Below, piece after piece: positions 1 through 9,351 of a DNA stretch of 64,000 nt (position 1 is the stretch's first letter; each line of letters starts with the position of its first letter). The translations under genes and the position numbers were made by a program. The stretch is from a virus (lineage: Duplodnaviria; Caudoviricetes): positions 17,268-81,267 of IMG/VR virus record IMGVR_UViG_3300033074_000216. One strand, 5' to 3'. The notes beneath the pieces were generated by a model. It did no database searches. It saw only the letters and a program-made list of their open reading frames with translations, and was not told the origin of the DNA.

Positions 1-35
1 AATCAAACTTAGGTTTCAACTTAAAACTTAGAGGA

Positions 36-368
36 ATGTTTGAAGCGTTACAAGATATAGCTAAGAAACCAGTTAAATCAATGACTACTGAAGATGCTGT
101 TAGAGTTTATGAATTCCAAAAAGAATACGATAACTATCAAGCTGCAGTTCAAGCTAACAACGGTGTATGTCCATATCAATGGATTGAAGCTCATTTAACA
201 CATGACAATTTAAACACACCAAAAATAGTTACTTTATTTGCTTCAAATAAAATTCAAATATTAATCAAAAATGGATTATTAATCTATAGAGAAGAATCAC
301 CAAAAGCTAACTACAGATTTGAATTAGAAATCAAATTCTCAGTAGCTGATAACAAATTCTCATTATAA
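36..368 (+). CDS. Hypothetical phage protein
   Basis: 110-aa ORF with GAGGA RBS and genome-typical codon usage; no recognisable motif. Confidence 0.6.
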   Translation: MFEALQDIAKKPVKSMTTEDAVRVYEFQKEYDNYQAAVQANNGVCPYQWIEAHLTHDNLNTPKIVTLFASNKIQILIKNGLLIYREESPKANYRFELEIKFSVADNKFSL

Positions 369-392
369 AACACAAACAAAAGGAAAAACAAA

Positions 393-1625
393 ATGTCAAA
401 CGCAGTAAAACTTTCAGCACCAGCTCATCATGATGAAAGAGAAGAATCAGATCCATTAGCAGATGCTATTGATCAAGCAAGCGGTTTAGTAATTCAATTT
501 ACTACATTCAACGGAATGGTCCAAATCTCTCAGATTGATCCAAACAGTACAACAGACCATCTAAGACCAGGTGTATACACACTTAGATACAGTATGATGT
601 CAGGTTTCTACTTAGAAGTAGAACACACACCTAAGATTCCTTCAGAATTATATGGTAACGTAGTTGAAAGAGCTGATTTAATTATCAACACTTACAAAGA
701 CAGATCAGTATCAACAGGTGTATTAGCTATCGGTAACAAAGGTTCAGGTAAAACATTATTAACAACTATTATCTCAAGCAAGTTAGTTGCTGATGGTGTT
801 CCAGTAATCTTAATTCCAGCTGGCTACTCAGGTGCAGGATTCAACTCATTCTTAGCTCACTTAGGTAATTGTTGTTTAATCTTCGATGAATTCGCTAAGC
901 TTTATGACAACGATAAGAATGCTCAAAACGACTTATTAACTCTATTCGATGGAACTAAGAGTACAAAAAGATTAATTCTTTTAACTGAGAACGATGAGTA
1001 CAATATCAATTCATTCCTATTAGGAAGACCAGGAAGAATCCTATATAAATTCAACTATGGAGCATTAGCTTTAGAAGTTGTTGAAGAAGTATTAGATGCA
1101 AATGGTATCAAAGACGAAGCTAAAGCTCAAATGTTACATTATTCAACTGACATCGATGGTATGTCTATGGACATCTTAAAAGCATTAATCGATGAACATT
1201 TAAGATACCCTGAAACTGACTTAAAAGACATCGTTGAAAGACTTAACGTTACGACTACATCATCATTCACTAAGTACGAGTTCATTCCAGAGAAAATCGA
1301 GCTATCAGATGCTGGTAAAGAAATCGGTATTGATGATATCGTAGTTAACGGACAACACGTTTACATGATAACTAAAGAACAAAAAGCTTCAGAAATCAAG
1401 TATTACACAATGGAAAAATTCTCTGACGGAGAAAAGAATCCAGAGTATGATCCAAACTTCAAATTCGATCTATTAACATCTGATTATAGAATGTCATTCG
1501 GAATCAGAAAAGACAAACCTAAAGCAGTTAAAGATGGTAAGTACTTATACTTACTTGAGTACGCTTCAGTTGTCGGAGAATGGAAAGAAATAAGACCTGT
1601 CTACAACTATGGCGGACTATTCTAA
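393..1625 (+). CDS. AAA+ family ATPase
   Basis: Walker A GNKGSGKT, Walker B LIFDEF, sensor/arginine-finger region LLGRPGRI; AAGGA RBS. Confidence 0.85.
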   Translation: MSNAVKLSAPAHHDEREESDPLADAIDQASGLVIQFTTFNGMVQISQIDPNSTTDHLRPGVYTLRYSMMSGFYLEVEHTPKIPSELYGNVVERADLIINTYKDRSVSTGVLAIGNKGSGKTLLTTIISSKLVADGVPVILIPAGYSGAGFNSFLAHLGNCCLIFDEFAKLYDNDKNAQNDLLTLFDGTKSTKRLILLTENDEYNINSFLLGRPGRILYKFNYGALALEVVEEVLDANGIKDEAKAQMLHYSTDIDGMSMDILKALIDEHLRYPETDLKDIVERLNVTTTSSFTKYEFIPEKIELSDAGKEIGIDDIVVNGQHVYMITKEQKASEIKYYTMEKFSDGEKNPEYDPNFKFDLLTSDYRMSFGIRKDKPKAVKDGKYLYLLEYASVVGEWKEIRPVYNYGGLF

Positions 1626-1643
1626 GAGGGAGCAATCCCTCTA
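1626..1643 (+). terminator. Stem-loop after AAA gene (probable terminator or processing hairpin)
   Basis: agaggga-gcaa-tccctct hairpin with GNRA loop; U-tract is weak. Confidence 0.45.
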
Positions 1644-1662
1644 TCTTAATTAAGGATTAACA

Positions 1663-2043
1663 ATGTTTGAAACATTATTTGTACTACTAGTACTATTTCA
1701 AATCAAGCACTTCGCTGCTGATTTCCCGTTACAAACTCAATACATGCTTGGCAAGTTCAAACCTGATGGTTGGATACTACCATTATCATTCCATTCAGCA
1801 GTTCATGCATTTATGACAGCTACTATAGCTATTATGTTTGCTAACTCATTATACGTAATCATATTCGTTACAATCGTTGATTTCATCATTCATTTCATTA
1901 TGGATAGAATCAAAGCCTCTCCAGACTTATTAGGTAGATGGAATCCAACTCAATCTATGTTCTGGAATATGGTAGGTATTGATCAAATGGTTCACCATTT
2001 AACTCATTACTTCATCATTTACATTATTATAACTAGAGGTTAA
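1663..2043 (+). CDS. DUF3307-like membrane protein
   Basis: Hydrophobic, with HFAADFPLQ, HSAVH, HFIMDRIK and DQMVHH His motifs typical of DUF3307. Confidence 0.65.
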   Translation: MFETLFVLLVLFQIKHFAADFPLQTQYMLGKFKPDGWILPLSFHSAVHAFMTATIAIMFANSLYVIIFVTIVDFIIHFIMDRIKASPDLLGRWNPTQSMFWNMVGIDQMVHHLTHYFIIYIIITRG

Positions 2044-2044
2044 C

Positions 2045-2311
2045 ATGCCTTCATTTATTATCAAGCAATTCGCAGCAACTGGTTCACCTATTTTACAAGA
2101 CCATAGTACGAGACTATCTACACCAGACAACCTATTAACTCTAATAGACATGTCTAATTCAATCATTAAACCTGGAGATTGTTACTTAGTTACTATATCT
2201 AAGATAGGTGCCGAACAAATCATTATCAAAGGAGACAGCAATGTCGAAGAAAAAGAAAAACAAGAAGAAAGTCAAAATGATTCATCAGATGACGGCGTAT
2301 CTGGAGACTGA
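2045..2311 (+). CDS. Hypothetical protein
   Basis: 88-aa ORF tightly packed after the upstream stop; overlaps next gene. Confidence 0.4.
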   Translation: MPSFIIKQFAATGSPILQDHSTRLSTPDNLLTLIDMSNSIIKPGDCYLVTISKIGAEQIIIKGDSNVEEKEKQEESQNDSSDDGVSGD

Positions 2312-2450
2312 ACTTAGACAAGCTAAGACTACTTTAGACAACGGATGCTTTGAGCATAATTCTGTTGTTGAGGAAGCTGTAGCCAAAGCTAACGTTGATA
2401 CTTTAACTAAAGTTTTAGAAAAGGCTAAGTCTATACAATTACCTTTTTAG
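2241..2450 (+). CDS. Small basic hypothetical protein
   Basis: AAGGAG RBS before ATG 2241 (MSKKKKNKKK...); start revised from the track. Confidence 0.55.
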   Translation: MSKKKKNKKKVKMIHQMTAYLETELRQAKTTLDNGCFEHNSVVEEAVAKANVDTLTKVLEKAKSIQLPF

Positions 2451-2458
2451 GAGGTTCA

Positions 2459-3067
2459 ATGAAACCATTTAACCCTGATTTAAAAGCAGACCTTACTGCT
2501 GTTGGAGGAATCTATACAATCATCATAGTTTTATCTATGTGGATTCACTCTAATTATAAACTTCAACACGAACTTACTCAACTCAAAGCTGATTATTTTC
2601 AAGCTAAAGTTCTTGTAGTTGAACTAGACTCAACAAACACATCTCTACACGAAGCTCTCATCAGCTTAAACAAGTCTTATGATGAAGTGGAGAGCAAAGC
2701 AAACTACTTCCAGAAACTCTCTGGACTAAAGGAAGATCTCCGGAGCTATTCCCTCGAAGACCAAGCCACAGGTTATGCCTTAGGTTGGACTGAAACTGAG
2801 TGGAACTATTATGCTACTCACAATTCTGCAGCTCAAGGTATCTGTGGAGTTATGCCCTTATGGCATCCATATCTCCACGACTTAGGTATCAAACCTAATT
2901 CAATCGAAGCCTGTATTGCAATCTACAACTTCTACTTAGACCAAACTGGTTCTAATACGAAAGCTGTTAAGAATTACAAAGGTATCGAATCAAAAAAATA
3001 CGAATGGTTAATAAAACACACATTATACCTTCGACAATACATATTAAAAAGACTTAAAGAACAATAA
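2459..3067 (+). CDS. Membrane-anchored lytic transglycosylase (SLT/lysozyme-like) protein
   Basis: N-terminal TM, coiled coil, then ETEWNYYA...AQGICGVMP resembling the SLT ES..A..G.MQ motif. Confidence 0.6.
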   Translation: MKPFNPDLKADLTAVGGIYTIIIVLSMWIHSNYKLQHELTQLKADYFQAKVLVVELDSTNTSLHEALISLNKSYDEVESKANYFQKLSGLKEDLRSYSLEDQATGYALGWTETEWNYYATHNSAAQGICGVMPLWHPYLHDLGIKPNSIEACIAIYNFYLDQTGSNTKAVKNYKGIESKKYEWLIKHTLYLRQYILKRLKEQ

Positions 3068-3234
3068 TGAAACTATTTATTTCAAGAATTTATGCAACTA
3101 TCTTGGCTTTCTGGCATGGTGGAGATATTCACTATCGATACATCAATAAAAAAGGTTACTGGGAATTTGAAATTTATTTCTATTATGGATTTATGCTTCG
3201 AAAAGTCTTATACAAAACGAAAGGTCTTAGATGA
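3067..3234 (+). CDS. Small hypothetical protein (55 aa, not in track)
   Basis: ATG overlaps upstream TAA and TGA overlaps downstream ATG (MKLFISRIYA...KGLR). Confidence 0.5.
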   Translation: MKLFISRIYATILAFWHGGDIHYRYINKKGYWEFEIYFYYGFMLRKVLYKTKGLR

Positions 3235-5123
3235 CAATTACAAAAGACAATATAAGAGATTTTGCTATCCAAAGAGTAGAATCTAAAACTATTAGAGAAC
3301 AAGCAATTCTAGCTCTTCAAAAATTAGGAGAGAAAACAATCGCTATTAGAGATACAGCATTCATGAATGAAGCCTGTAAAGATTCTTACTTTATTTATCA
3401 CAGTGGAGATAGATATTGGTCTTCATATAGTGTAATTGGGAAAAGAACAGAAATAACTCCATCAGAGTTCTTAAAAGCTATAGCTCATCTATTACTATCA
3501 ACTAATCCTAGAGATTACGCAATCGAAACTATTGGTGATGCTCTAATTAGACAACAAGTTATTGAGGCTCTTAATGCAGCTAATGAACCTATGCATAGCT
3601 CAGCTACAAAACACTTTATTAATAACTCATTAAATACTGGTTCAGGTTTGTTTTTTTACAATGGTAATTGGAGCTATGCTTCAACAATTCCCACTAGAAC
3701 AATAGTTACTCCTGAAAGTTTCTTAAAAATGCACAATGCAGGTAAATTCGTTTACGAAGCTAGACCTAAGTCACTTACAGTATTAGATCAATTCTTAGCT
3801 GGACCAATTCCAACTGATAATAGATTTATCAAGTATGTTCATCAAAACAAACTTGGTGAAGAACTACTAAAAGTTATTGAAGACGGTAAAGGAGTAAACA
3901 GACATTACCCTTACGCTTCCGGAAAAAATATAGACTTTAATATTATGTTCTGTTGGGATAGAACACCTCAAGGACCTACATTCTGGAGTAGACATCATAG
4001 CAAATCTGGATGTTCAGTTGATGGTGGATTATTAACGAAATATTTAGAAGCTTACAAAGAAGCTAGATCTGGAGTTATGCCAAAAGCAGTAGAAAATATG
4101 ACTAATCCAATAAAAAAACTTCCATCAGTAGTAGCTGGTCAAATCTATACATATAACAAAACAAAAACTAAATACAGAGTTAGAGTAGCTTCAGTTAGTT
4201 CAAACTCATATACATTAGAAACTTTAACAACTAATCGTACAGCTGATTGGTGTAAAAATATCTCTTTAGATAGAGTTCATGAAATCTTTACATTACATAC
4301 AGATATCCCTTCAGCTCCATCTCCAAGCTGTCCTGAAGCTACTACTCCATTCAAAGTAGGGGATATGGTTAGAATAAGACATGACGCAAAAATAGACGAA
4401 GTATATGGAAGTAAAATACCTATAACTTTATTACGTGCTATGTATTTCTCAGGAACTAAAAAAATAGATAAAATCCACAAAGATTATTGTAGAATAAGTG
4501 GATTTGGATATGCATACGAAATGATAGAACCAGCAGTTGAAGAAGATTTACCACTACAAATAATGAGAGATGCAATAACTAGTATAAAAACATCTACAGC
4601 ACCAGTTATAGGTCCAAAACTAGATCAAGTAGTAGATGGGACAATAAGTATGTGTACACTATCTAAAATAGGTACTCCAATTTATTTCGATTCAACAGCA
4701 GCAATAAGTGTAGGAGCATTAGCTTCTAGAACAGAATTAACCCCAACAAAAGGAAAACCAATGCCAAAAACATTAAAAGATAACGCAGTAGAATTAGTAC
4801 AAGAAAACAAAGCAGCAGCATTTACAGCAGCTGAAATCAAAGCAGGTCAAATCATTAACAAACAAGCTATCAGCTTAATCAAACCAAAATTACCAATGAT
4901 GGTTAGAGGTTATGCAGATTCTCCAGTAGCATCAGTTGTATTAGCTAACGTAGTTGCTTTAGGTTTAAAACACTACGCAGCAGGAAACAAAAAATTAGAG
5001 AAAATCTCTGAGTTAATGATTGCAGGTGCAGCATTCGATTCAATCGACGCTTTAAACATTGATGGAATCGTTAATGATTTCATTGCTGGATTAAAATTAC
5101 CAGCTGGTGTAGAAATCGAATAA
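3231..5123 (+). CDS. Large multidomain hypothetical protein with tandem N-terminal repeat
   Basis: 630-aa ORF; two ~75-aa repeats (RDFAI...ITPSEFLK / RDYAI...VTPESFLK); internal RBS+ATG at 4761. Confidence 0.7.
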   Translation: MTITKDNIRDFAIQRVESKTIREQAILALQKLGEKTIAIRDTAFMNEACKDSYFIYHSGDRYWSSYSVIGKRTEITPSEFLKAIAHLLLSTNPRDYAIETIGDALIRQQVIEALNAANEPMHSSATKHFINNSLNTGSGLFFYNGNWSYASTIPTRTIVTPESFLKMHNAGKFVYEARPKSLTVLDQFLAGPIPTDNRFIKYVHQNKLGEELLKVIEDGKGVNRHYPYASGKNIDFNIMFCWDRTPQGPTFWSRHHSKSGCSVDGGLLTKYLEAYKEARSGVMPKAVENMTNPIKKLPSVVAGQIYTYNKTKTKYRVRVASVSSNSYTLETLTTNRTADWCKNISLDRVHEIFTLHTDIPSAPSPSCPEATTPFKVGDMVRIRHDAKIDEVYGSKIPITLLRAMYFSGTKKIDKIHKDYCRISGFGYAYEMIEPAVEEDLPLQIMRDAITSIKTSTAPVIGPKLDQVVDGTISMCTLSKIGTPIYFDSTAAISVGALASRTELTPTKGKPMPKTLKDNAVELVQENKAAAFTAAEIKAGQIINKQAISLIKPKLPMMVRGYADSPVASVVLANVVALGLKHYAAGNKKLEKISELMIAGAAFDSIDALNIDGIVNDFIAGLKLPAGVEIE

Positions 5124-5132
5124 GGATTTCCT

Positions 5133-5336
5133 ATGCCAACAGTAACTCCAGTAGTTAGACCTAGAGGTAGACCAAGAAAGTCTGCAGTAACTCTAGGAGC
5201 AAAAACTACAGTTAGAACAACAGCTAAAAGAGCTATCAAAGATTCAGTACACTCAGCAATCCCTAATAAACTTCTAGCAGGAGTTATAATAGCAGGATTA
5301 GGAGCTATTGTCTCTTTTTATTTAAACAAAAAGTAG
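5133..5336 (+). CDS. Small protein with AT-hook motif and C-terminal TM helix
   Basis: RPRGRPRK motif; hydrophobic C-terminus; AAGGA RBS. Confidence 0.6.
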   Translation: MPTVTPVVRPRGRPRKSAVTLGAKTTVRTTAKRAIKDSVHSAIPNKLLAGVIIAGLGAIVSFYLNKK

Positions 5337-5342
5337 TAACAA

Positions 5343-5567
5343 ATGATTATATCATCAATTCAAGCAACATTATTCACAATCCTATTCATTAGTTGGTTTA
5401 AACCATCATTAAGAAAATGGGAACCATACTTATTAATTACAATCATTGTAGTTAATACAATTTCAGTTATCGTTTCAACAAACCTGATCGTATCATTAGT
5501 TGATGGGTTCGGTGCATGTGTAATTGGGTATATTCTTTATAAAGATTACATTAGAAACTTAAAGTAA
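5343..5567 (+). CDS. Small membrane protein
   Basis: 74 aa with several hydrophobic segments. Confidence 0.6.
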   Translation: MIISSIQATLFTILFISWFKPSLRKWEPYLLITIIVVNTISVIVSTNLIVSLVDGFGACVIGYILYKDYIRNLK

Positions 5568-5573
5568 ACAAAT

Positions 5574-5656
5574 CCTTAGTGGCGGAAGATAGACGCATAA
5601 GATTATACGTTAATCAGATAACGTATGTACATAGGTGAAAGTCCTATGTCTAAGGT
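5574..5656 (+). ncRNA. Degenerate tRNA-like RNA (Leu/Ser-type D arm, non-canonical anticodon arm)
   Basis: ccttag/ctaagg acceptor, tggcggaa..agacgc D arm, catagg-tgaaagt-cctatg T arm; central 8-bp stem has a 6-nt loop. Confidence 0.45.
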
Positions 5657-5720
5657 TCAAGCATATTTATACCTCCTTTCAAGAAATCTGTGAGAGGTAG
5701 TCTAGGCAACTACCTCGTAT

Positions 5721-5793
5721 GCACACTTCGTCTAAGGGTAGGACACCACGGTCGCTCCGTAGGAAATGCAGGGTTCGACTCCCTCATTGTGCA
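5721..5793 (+). tRNA. Atypical tRNA: Glu-like body, anticodon loop reads gtCGCtc
   Basis: gcaca../..tgtgc acceptor, gtctaagggtaggac D arm, agggttcgactccct T arm; mismatched anticodon stem and pyrimidine at 37. Confidence 0.5.
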
Positions 5794-5947
5794 CACTTTA
5801 GGAACTACAACAATCAAACAAGTTTTTTCATTCGGCTGAGTCTCCGTTATGACTCACCCTTATATATTCAGTCCAGCTCTCATCTTCGACACCGGTTATT
5901 GAGAGTTGTGCTGAGTATACAAGAATAATTTTAATACACACTATGTT

Positions 5948-6019
5948 AGCAATATCATCTAACTGGTTAGGATTCCGGCAACTGAGCTGGCCATGTAGGA
6001 TCGTACCCTACTATTGACT
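5948..6019 (+). ncRNA. Degenerate tRNA-like RNA
   Basis: caata/tattg acceptor, atctaactggttaggat D arm, ccggc/gctgg stem with 6-nt loop, gtagg-atcgtac-cctac T-like arm. Confidence 0.4.
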
Positions 6020-6246
6020 TTCATAGGCAGTATTAACATTATAGGAAATATACACACATATTTAAAACTAAAACCGAGTAACACGGTTAACAAACAAGCA
6101 TATAATGGAAGTTAGGATAGACGACGTGAAGTCCGTATATACTACCGATCTTAGGCATTGCGCCGTACAGATTGTAGTCGTAGAATTATATCGACGCACT
6201 AATGGAAATTATATGCATTGTACTCAAATTTAATTAAGGAATTATC

Positions 6247-6648
6247 ATGGAACTTATTTGCACACTTATTACAACAATACTATTAGTAGGTGTTATAATC
6301 ATTTTTAGTCTACTTGTAGACAACAAATCAACTCCAATCGAAGAACCTAAACCCTTCGAACCTAAGCCAGCAGAACCAAAACCTATGCGAACAACAGCTA
6401 AGTCTTTATACGCAAACCCACCAGTTTACAGTTATGCTACTTCAGACTTAGTATCTCCAGCTCTTACAGCTGCTGTACTAGCAACAGAACTAACTGAATC
6501 TAAACCCTACATTCGAGAATCTCAGTATGAATCAATAACTGATGATTCAGAGACTTACAGAACAACTTTCTGTGATTCATCATCAAGCTACTCTAGTAGT
6601 TCTTGTTCAGATTCAAGTTCAAGCTCATCATCAGGAGGATGTGACTAA
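6247..6648 (+). CDS. Membrane-anchored protein with Ser-rich C-terminal tail
   Basis: N-terminal TM; PKP repeats; C-terminus SSSSSSGGCD. Confidence 0.7.
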   Translation: MELICTLITTILLVGVIIIFSLLVDNKSTPIEEPKPFEPKPAEPKPMRTTAKSLYANPPVYSYATSDLVSPALTAAVLATELTESKPYIRESQYESITDDSETYRTTFCDSSSSYSSSSCSDSSSSSSSGGCD

Positions 6649-6705
6649 TATTTAATATTAATACAAATAAAACTTGGCAAGAATGTCAAATAAAGGAAGA
6701 ATAAA

Positions 6706-7356
6706 ATGAAAGTAACATTAAATTCATATACACCATTAGTTGTATGTTCGAATGCAATTAGAGAATGCTGGCAATCTCAAGATAAGTCAGATAATGGTGG
6801 AGAAAAGGACTTAGCTCTAATCGATAGAGTAGGTAATCAATTTAAACACTCTTCAACATTAGAACATTTAACATATTCGTTCACAATTGAAGGGATCTCA
6901 AGAGCTTGTTTACAAGAATTAGCAAGACATAGAATGACTTCATTATCAGTTAAATCAACACGATATACACTAAAAGAATTAAAATCTGAAGAACCATTCG
7001 CATTGAATGATTTCAAACGAGCAGAACAATATATAGTTTTAACAAACAATACTAATGTTGATAATGCTTCAATATCTGCTTTAAATAACCTACGAAATGT
7101 ATTAGTTGAAGGTACTTCTAATGATATCGCTAAGTATTGTTTACCAGAAGCTTATAAAACATCTCTTGCTTGGACTCTAAATGCTAGGAGTTTACAAAAC
7201 TTTTTAACATTAAGATCATCTAAAGCTGCACTATGGGAAATAAGAAACTTAGCTTCAGCTATCTATTTATCATTACCAGAAGATCATAAATTTTTATTTA
7301 TTAATTCTGGTGAAATCAGAGAAGTAGCAACAGCTATGCAATCTCTAATACAATAA
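6706..7356 (+). CDS. thyX: Flavin-dependent thymidylate synthase
   Basis: HSSTLEH, ISRACLQELARHRMTSLSVKSTRY (RHRx7S signature), NARSLQNFLTLR. Confidence 0.95.
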   Translation: MKVTLNSYTPLVVCSNAIRECWQSQDKSDNGGEKDLALIDRVGNQFKHSSTLEHLTYSFTIEGISRACLQELARHRMTSLSVKSTRYTLKELKSEEPFALNDFKRAEQYIVLTNNTNVDNASISALNNLRNVLVEGTSNDIAKYCLPEAYKTSLAWTLNARSLQNFLTLRSSKAALWEIRNLASAIYLSLPEDHKFLFINSGEIREVATAMQSLIQ

Positions 7357-7366
7357 GGAAAACACA

Positions 7367-8209
7367 ATGAAAAAATCATTATTAGCGGCTGCAATCGCAG
7401 CAGCATTATCCCTACAAGCATTCGCTGCAGATACTCCTATGATTATCTCAACAGGAGCTAAAGACAAATCATACTATCCAATGGGTATGAACATCAAACA
7501 ACTTATGCCTTCAAGAGACAAAGTTGAAGTTATCCCTTCAAAAGGATCATTAGAAAACATCGAAAACGTATTATCTGGTAAAGCTAACGTAGCTTTAACA
7601 TTCGCTGATGCTTATGCTTATAGTATGAAGAAAAACCCAGACGTTAAGAAACTTGAGATCATCGGTTCTCTTGGTAAGGGATGTCTATACGCTACAGTAT
7701 CTAAGACTGGTAAAATCAAATCTGACCAAGACTTACAAAAAGAGTCAGTTAGAGTTGCAATCGGAAAAGAAGGAGCAGGATCAAACGCTACATGGAAATA
7801 CATGAGCATCTTAGAACCTGGATTCGCTAAAGCTGCAACTTTTGAGAAAGGTGATGCATTAGCTATGAGTAAATTATTATCAAACTCTGATGACAAGTAC
7901 GACGCAGTTTTACAAATGCAAGCTCCAAGTACTGACAATTCATTAGTTTTAGATGTATTAGCAGCTAACAGTCAATTAACATTCCTACCTATTAAAGACT
8001 GGGATCTAAACAACAAACTTCCTAACGGAAAAGCAGTATACACATTCGAAAATATCGAATTAACTAAAGGGATGTTCAATCAAACTTTAGACACAATCTG
8101 TACTGATACATTAGTTATTGCAGATCCAAATGCCTTATCTGAAGATCAGATGGAAGACTTAGCTAACATCCTTATGAAACAAGCTAACGCTATTCTTAAA
8201 ACTAAGTAG
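7367..8209 (+). CDS. TAXI-family TRAP transporter solute-binding protein homolog
   Basis: Signal peptide; STGAKDKSYYPMG, SKGSLENIENVLSGKANVAL, GKEGAGS motifs. Confidence 0.75.
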   Translation: MKKSLLAAAIAAALSLQAFAADTPMIISTGAKDKSYYPMGMNIKQLMPSRDKVEVIPSKGSLENIENVLSGKANVALTFADAYAYSMKKNPDVKKLEIIGSLGKGCLYATVSKTGKIKSDQDLQKESVRVAIGKEGAGSNATWKYMSILEPGFAKAATFEKGDALAMSKLLSNSDDKYDAVLQMQAPSTDNSLVLDVLAANSQLTFLPIKDWDLNNKLPNGKAVYTFENIELTKGMFNQTLDTICTDTLVIADPNALSEDQMEDLANILMKQANAILKTK

Positions 8210-8214
8210 TTACT

Positions 8215-8493
8215 ATGAAGAAAATAATTCTATTACTAATCTCATTAGTTATCATAGCAAACGCAGGTTGGGTTACTTCAATCCAATCTTTCACTGACCC
8301 TAAAGTTGAAACTCAAAAGAGACAACTAGACACTTATGGTCAAAATCCTCGTGCATACGTATTCACAGTTGAAGCAAAAGACGGAGCTAAAACTCCTATG
8401 CAATGTGTAATCGTGTATACTGAGCAAGACTTAGGAGAAAAAGGTCCTAAATCTACAGCTCCAGTTATGCAATGTATCAAGTTGGAGAAATAA
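8215..8493 (+). CDS. Secreted/periplasmic hypothetical protein
   Basis: Signal peptide-like N-terminus; two Cys. Confidence 0.6.
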   Translation: MKKIILLLISLVIIANAGWVTSIQSFTDPKVETQKRQLDTYGQNPRAYVFTVEAKDGAKTPMQCVIVYTEQDLGEKGPKSTAPVMQCIKLEK

Positions 8494-8672
8494 TGTCTAA
8501 AATCATGCATTTTAGAATAGCTAAAGAAGATATAGCTGAAAAACTACCTAAAGAACTAAGAGAAACATTCAACACTCGTGTTCAATATACTCTTAATATC
8601 TTAGGACAAGAGACAATGTCAATCGAAGGATTAGCTATCATAGCTGCTGACGTTGTCTCTAACGTTAAGTAG
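8493..8672 (+). CDS. Small hypothetical protein
   Basis: ATG 8493 overlaps upstream TAA; GGAG RBS. Confidence 0.55.
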   Translation: MSKIMHFRIAKEDIAEKLPKELRETFNTRVQYTLNILGQETMSIEGLAIIAADVVSNVK

Positions 8673-8840
8673 TTCTAGACGTCAGCCAGTTCGTGACTGG
8701 CCTACTTAACAAGGGATATCTGAAAACTAGCTCACCCTTCAAAGAGAGTAGACATAGAACTCTATGTCAACATTTTGTTTTTTTCATATGTGTTTTTTCC
8801 GGTAGTGCAGGTGTTATCCTTTCTTATCTGCACTACTAAT

Positions 8841-8927
8841 GCCTAAGTGTTGGAACTGGTATACATCTCGGTCTTAGAAACCGAGGCCCTTACGGGATTG
8901 TGAGTTCGAATCTCACCTTAGGCACCA
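8841..8927 (+). tRNA. tRNA-Leu(TAG)
   Basis: Full cloverleaf with long variable arm; loop cttagaa; encoded CCA. Confidence 0.93.
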
Positions 8928-8934
8928 TTTATAT

Positions 8935-9011
8935 TGCGGGATGTAGCAGTCCGGTAGCTTGCGAGGCTCATAACCTCGATGTCGTTGGTTCAAATCCAAC
9001 TCCCGCAACCA
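8935..9011 (+). tRNA. tRNA-Met(CAT), fMet-like
   Basis: tgcggga/tcccgca acceptor; cgagg-ctcataa-cctcg; encoded CCA. Confidence 0.92.
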
Positions 9012-9017
9012 TTATAC

Positions 9018-9165
9018 CTTCCAGTAGTCTGAGAGGCAAGGCTTACTAGTTACCCAGTCAATAGCATTTATGATTCAATGTGCTAAACACCTAGTTTAGA
9101 GATAGTAGGTTTGAATCCTTCAGAGTAAGCACTAGTAGTAACAGGTTCAAATCCTGTCTGGAAGT
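9018..9165 (+). ncRNA. tRNA-like RNA with ~80-nt tRNA-like insert in place of the anticodon loop
   Basis: cttccag/ctggaag acceptor, D arm, acagg-ttcaaat-cctgt T arm; insert carries a second T-arm-like agg-tttgaat-cct. Confidence 0.55.
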
Positions 9166-9215
9166 ATCGACTATAGTCAAAGGTCTTGTGGAAACCTAAC
9201 TAATTCCACACTTAT

Positions 9216-9342
9216 GCCCCCATTAGCTCAGCGGTAGAGCACGTAGCAAACAACTGAATTCAGCTGAATTCATACAGCATACACTTTATAGCATATCCTT
9301 ATAAGATCGTGGTCATCGGTTCGAATCCGATATGGGGGCCCA
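9216..9342 (+). tRNA. tRNA-Ile(TAT) interrupted by a 51-nt insertion (9244-9294) in the anticodon stem
   Basis: gccccca/tgggggc acceptor; removing the insert restores acgatc-cttataa-gatcgt; canonical D and T arms. Confidence 0.7.
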
Positions 9343-9351
9343 TTCTCAAAC

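Noticed and set aside
3092-3286. 64-aa track ORF
   Set aside because: The alternative frame 3067-3234 fits translational coupling on both sides
5719-5928. 69-aa ORF
   Set aside because: Overlaps a tRNA-like gene and hairpins; atypical composition
6103-6232. 42-codon ORF MEVRIDDVK...
   Set aside because: No clear RBS or motif; cannot be supported as a gene or as a structured RNA
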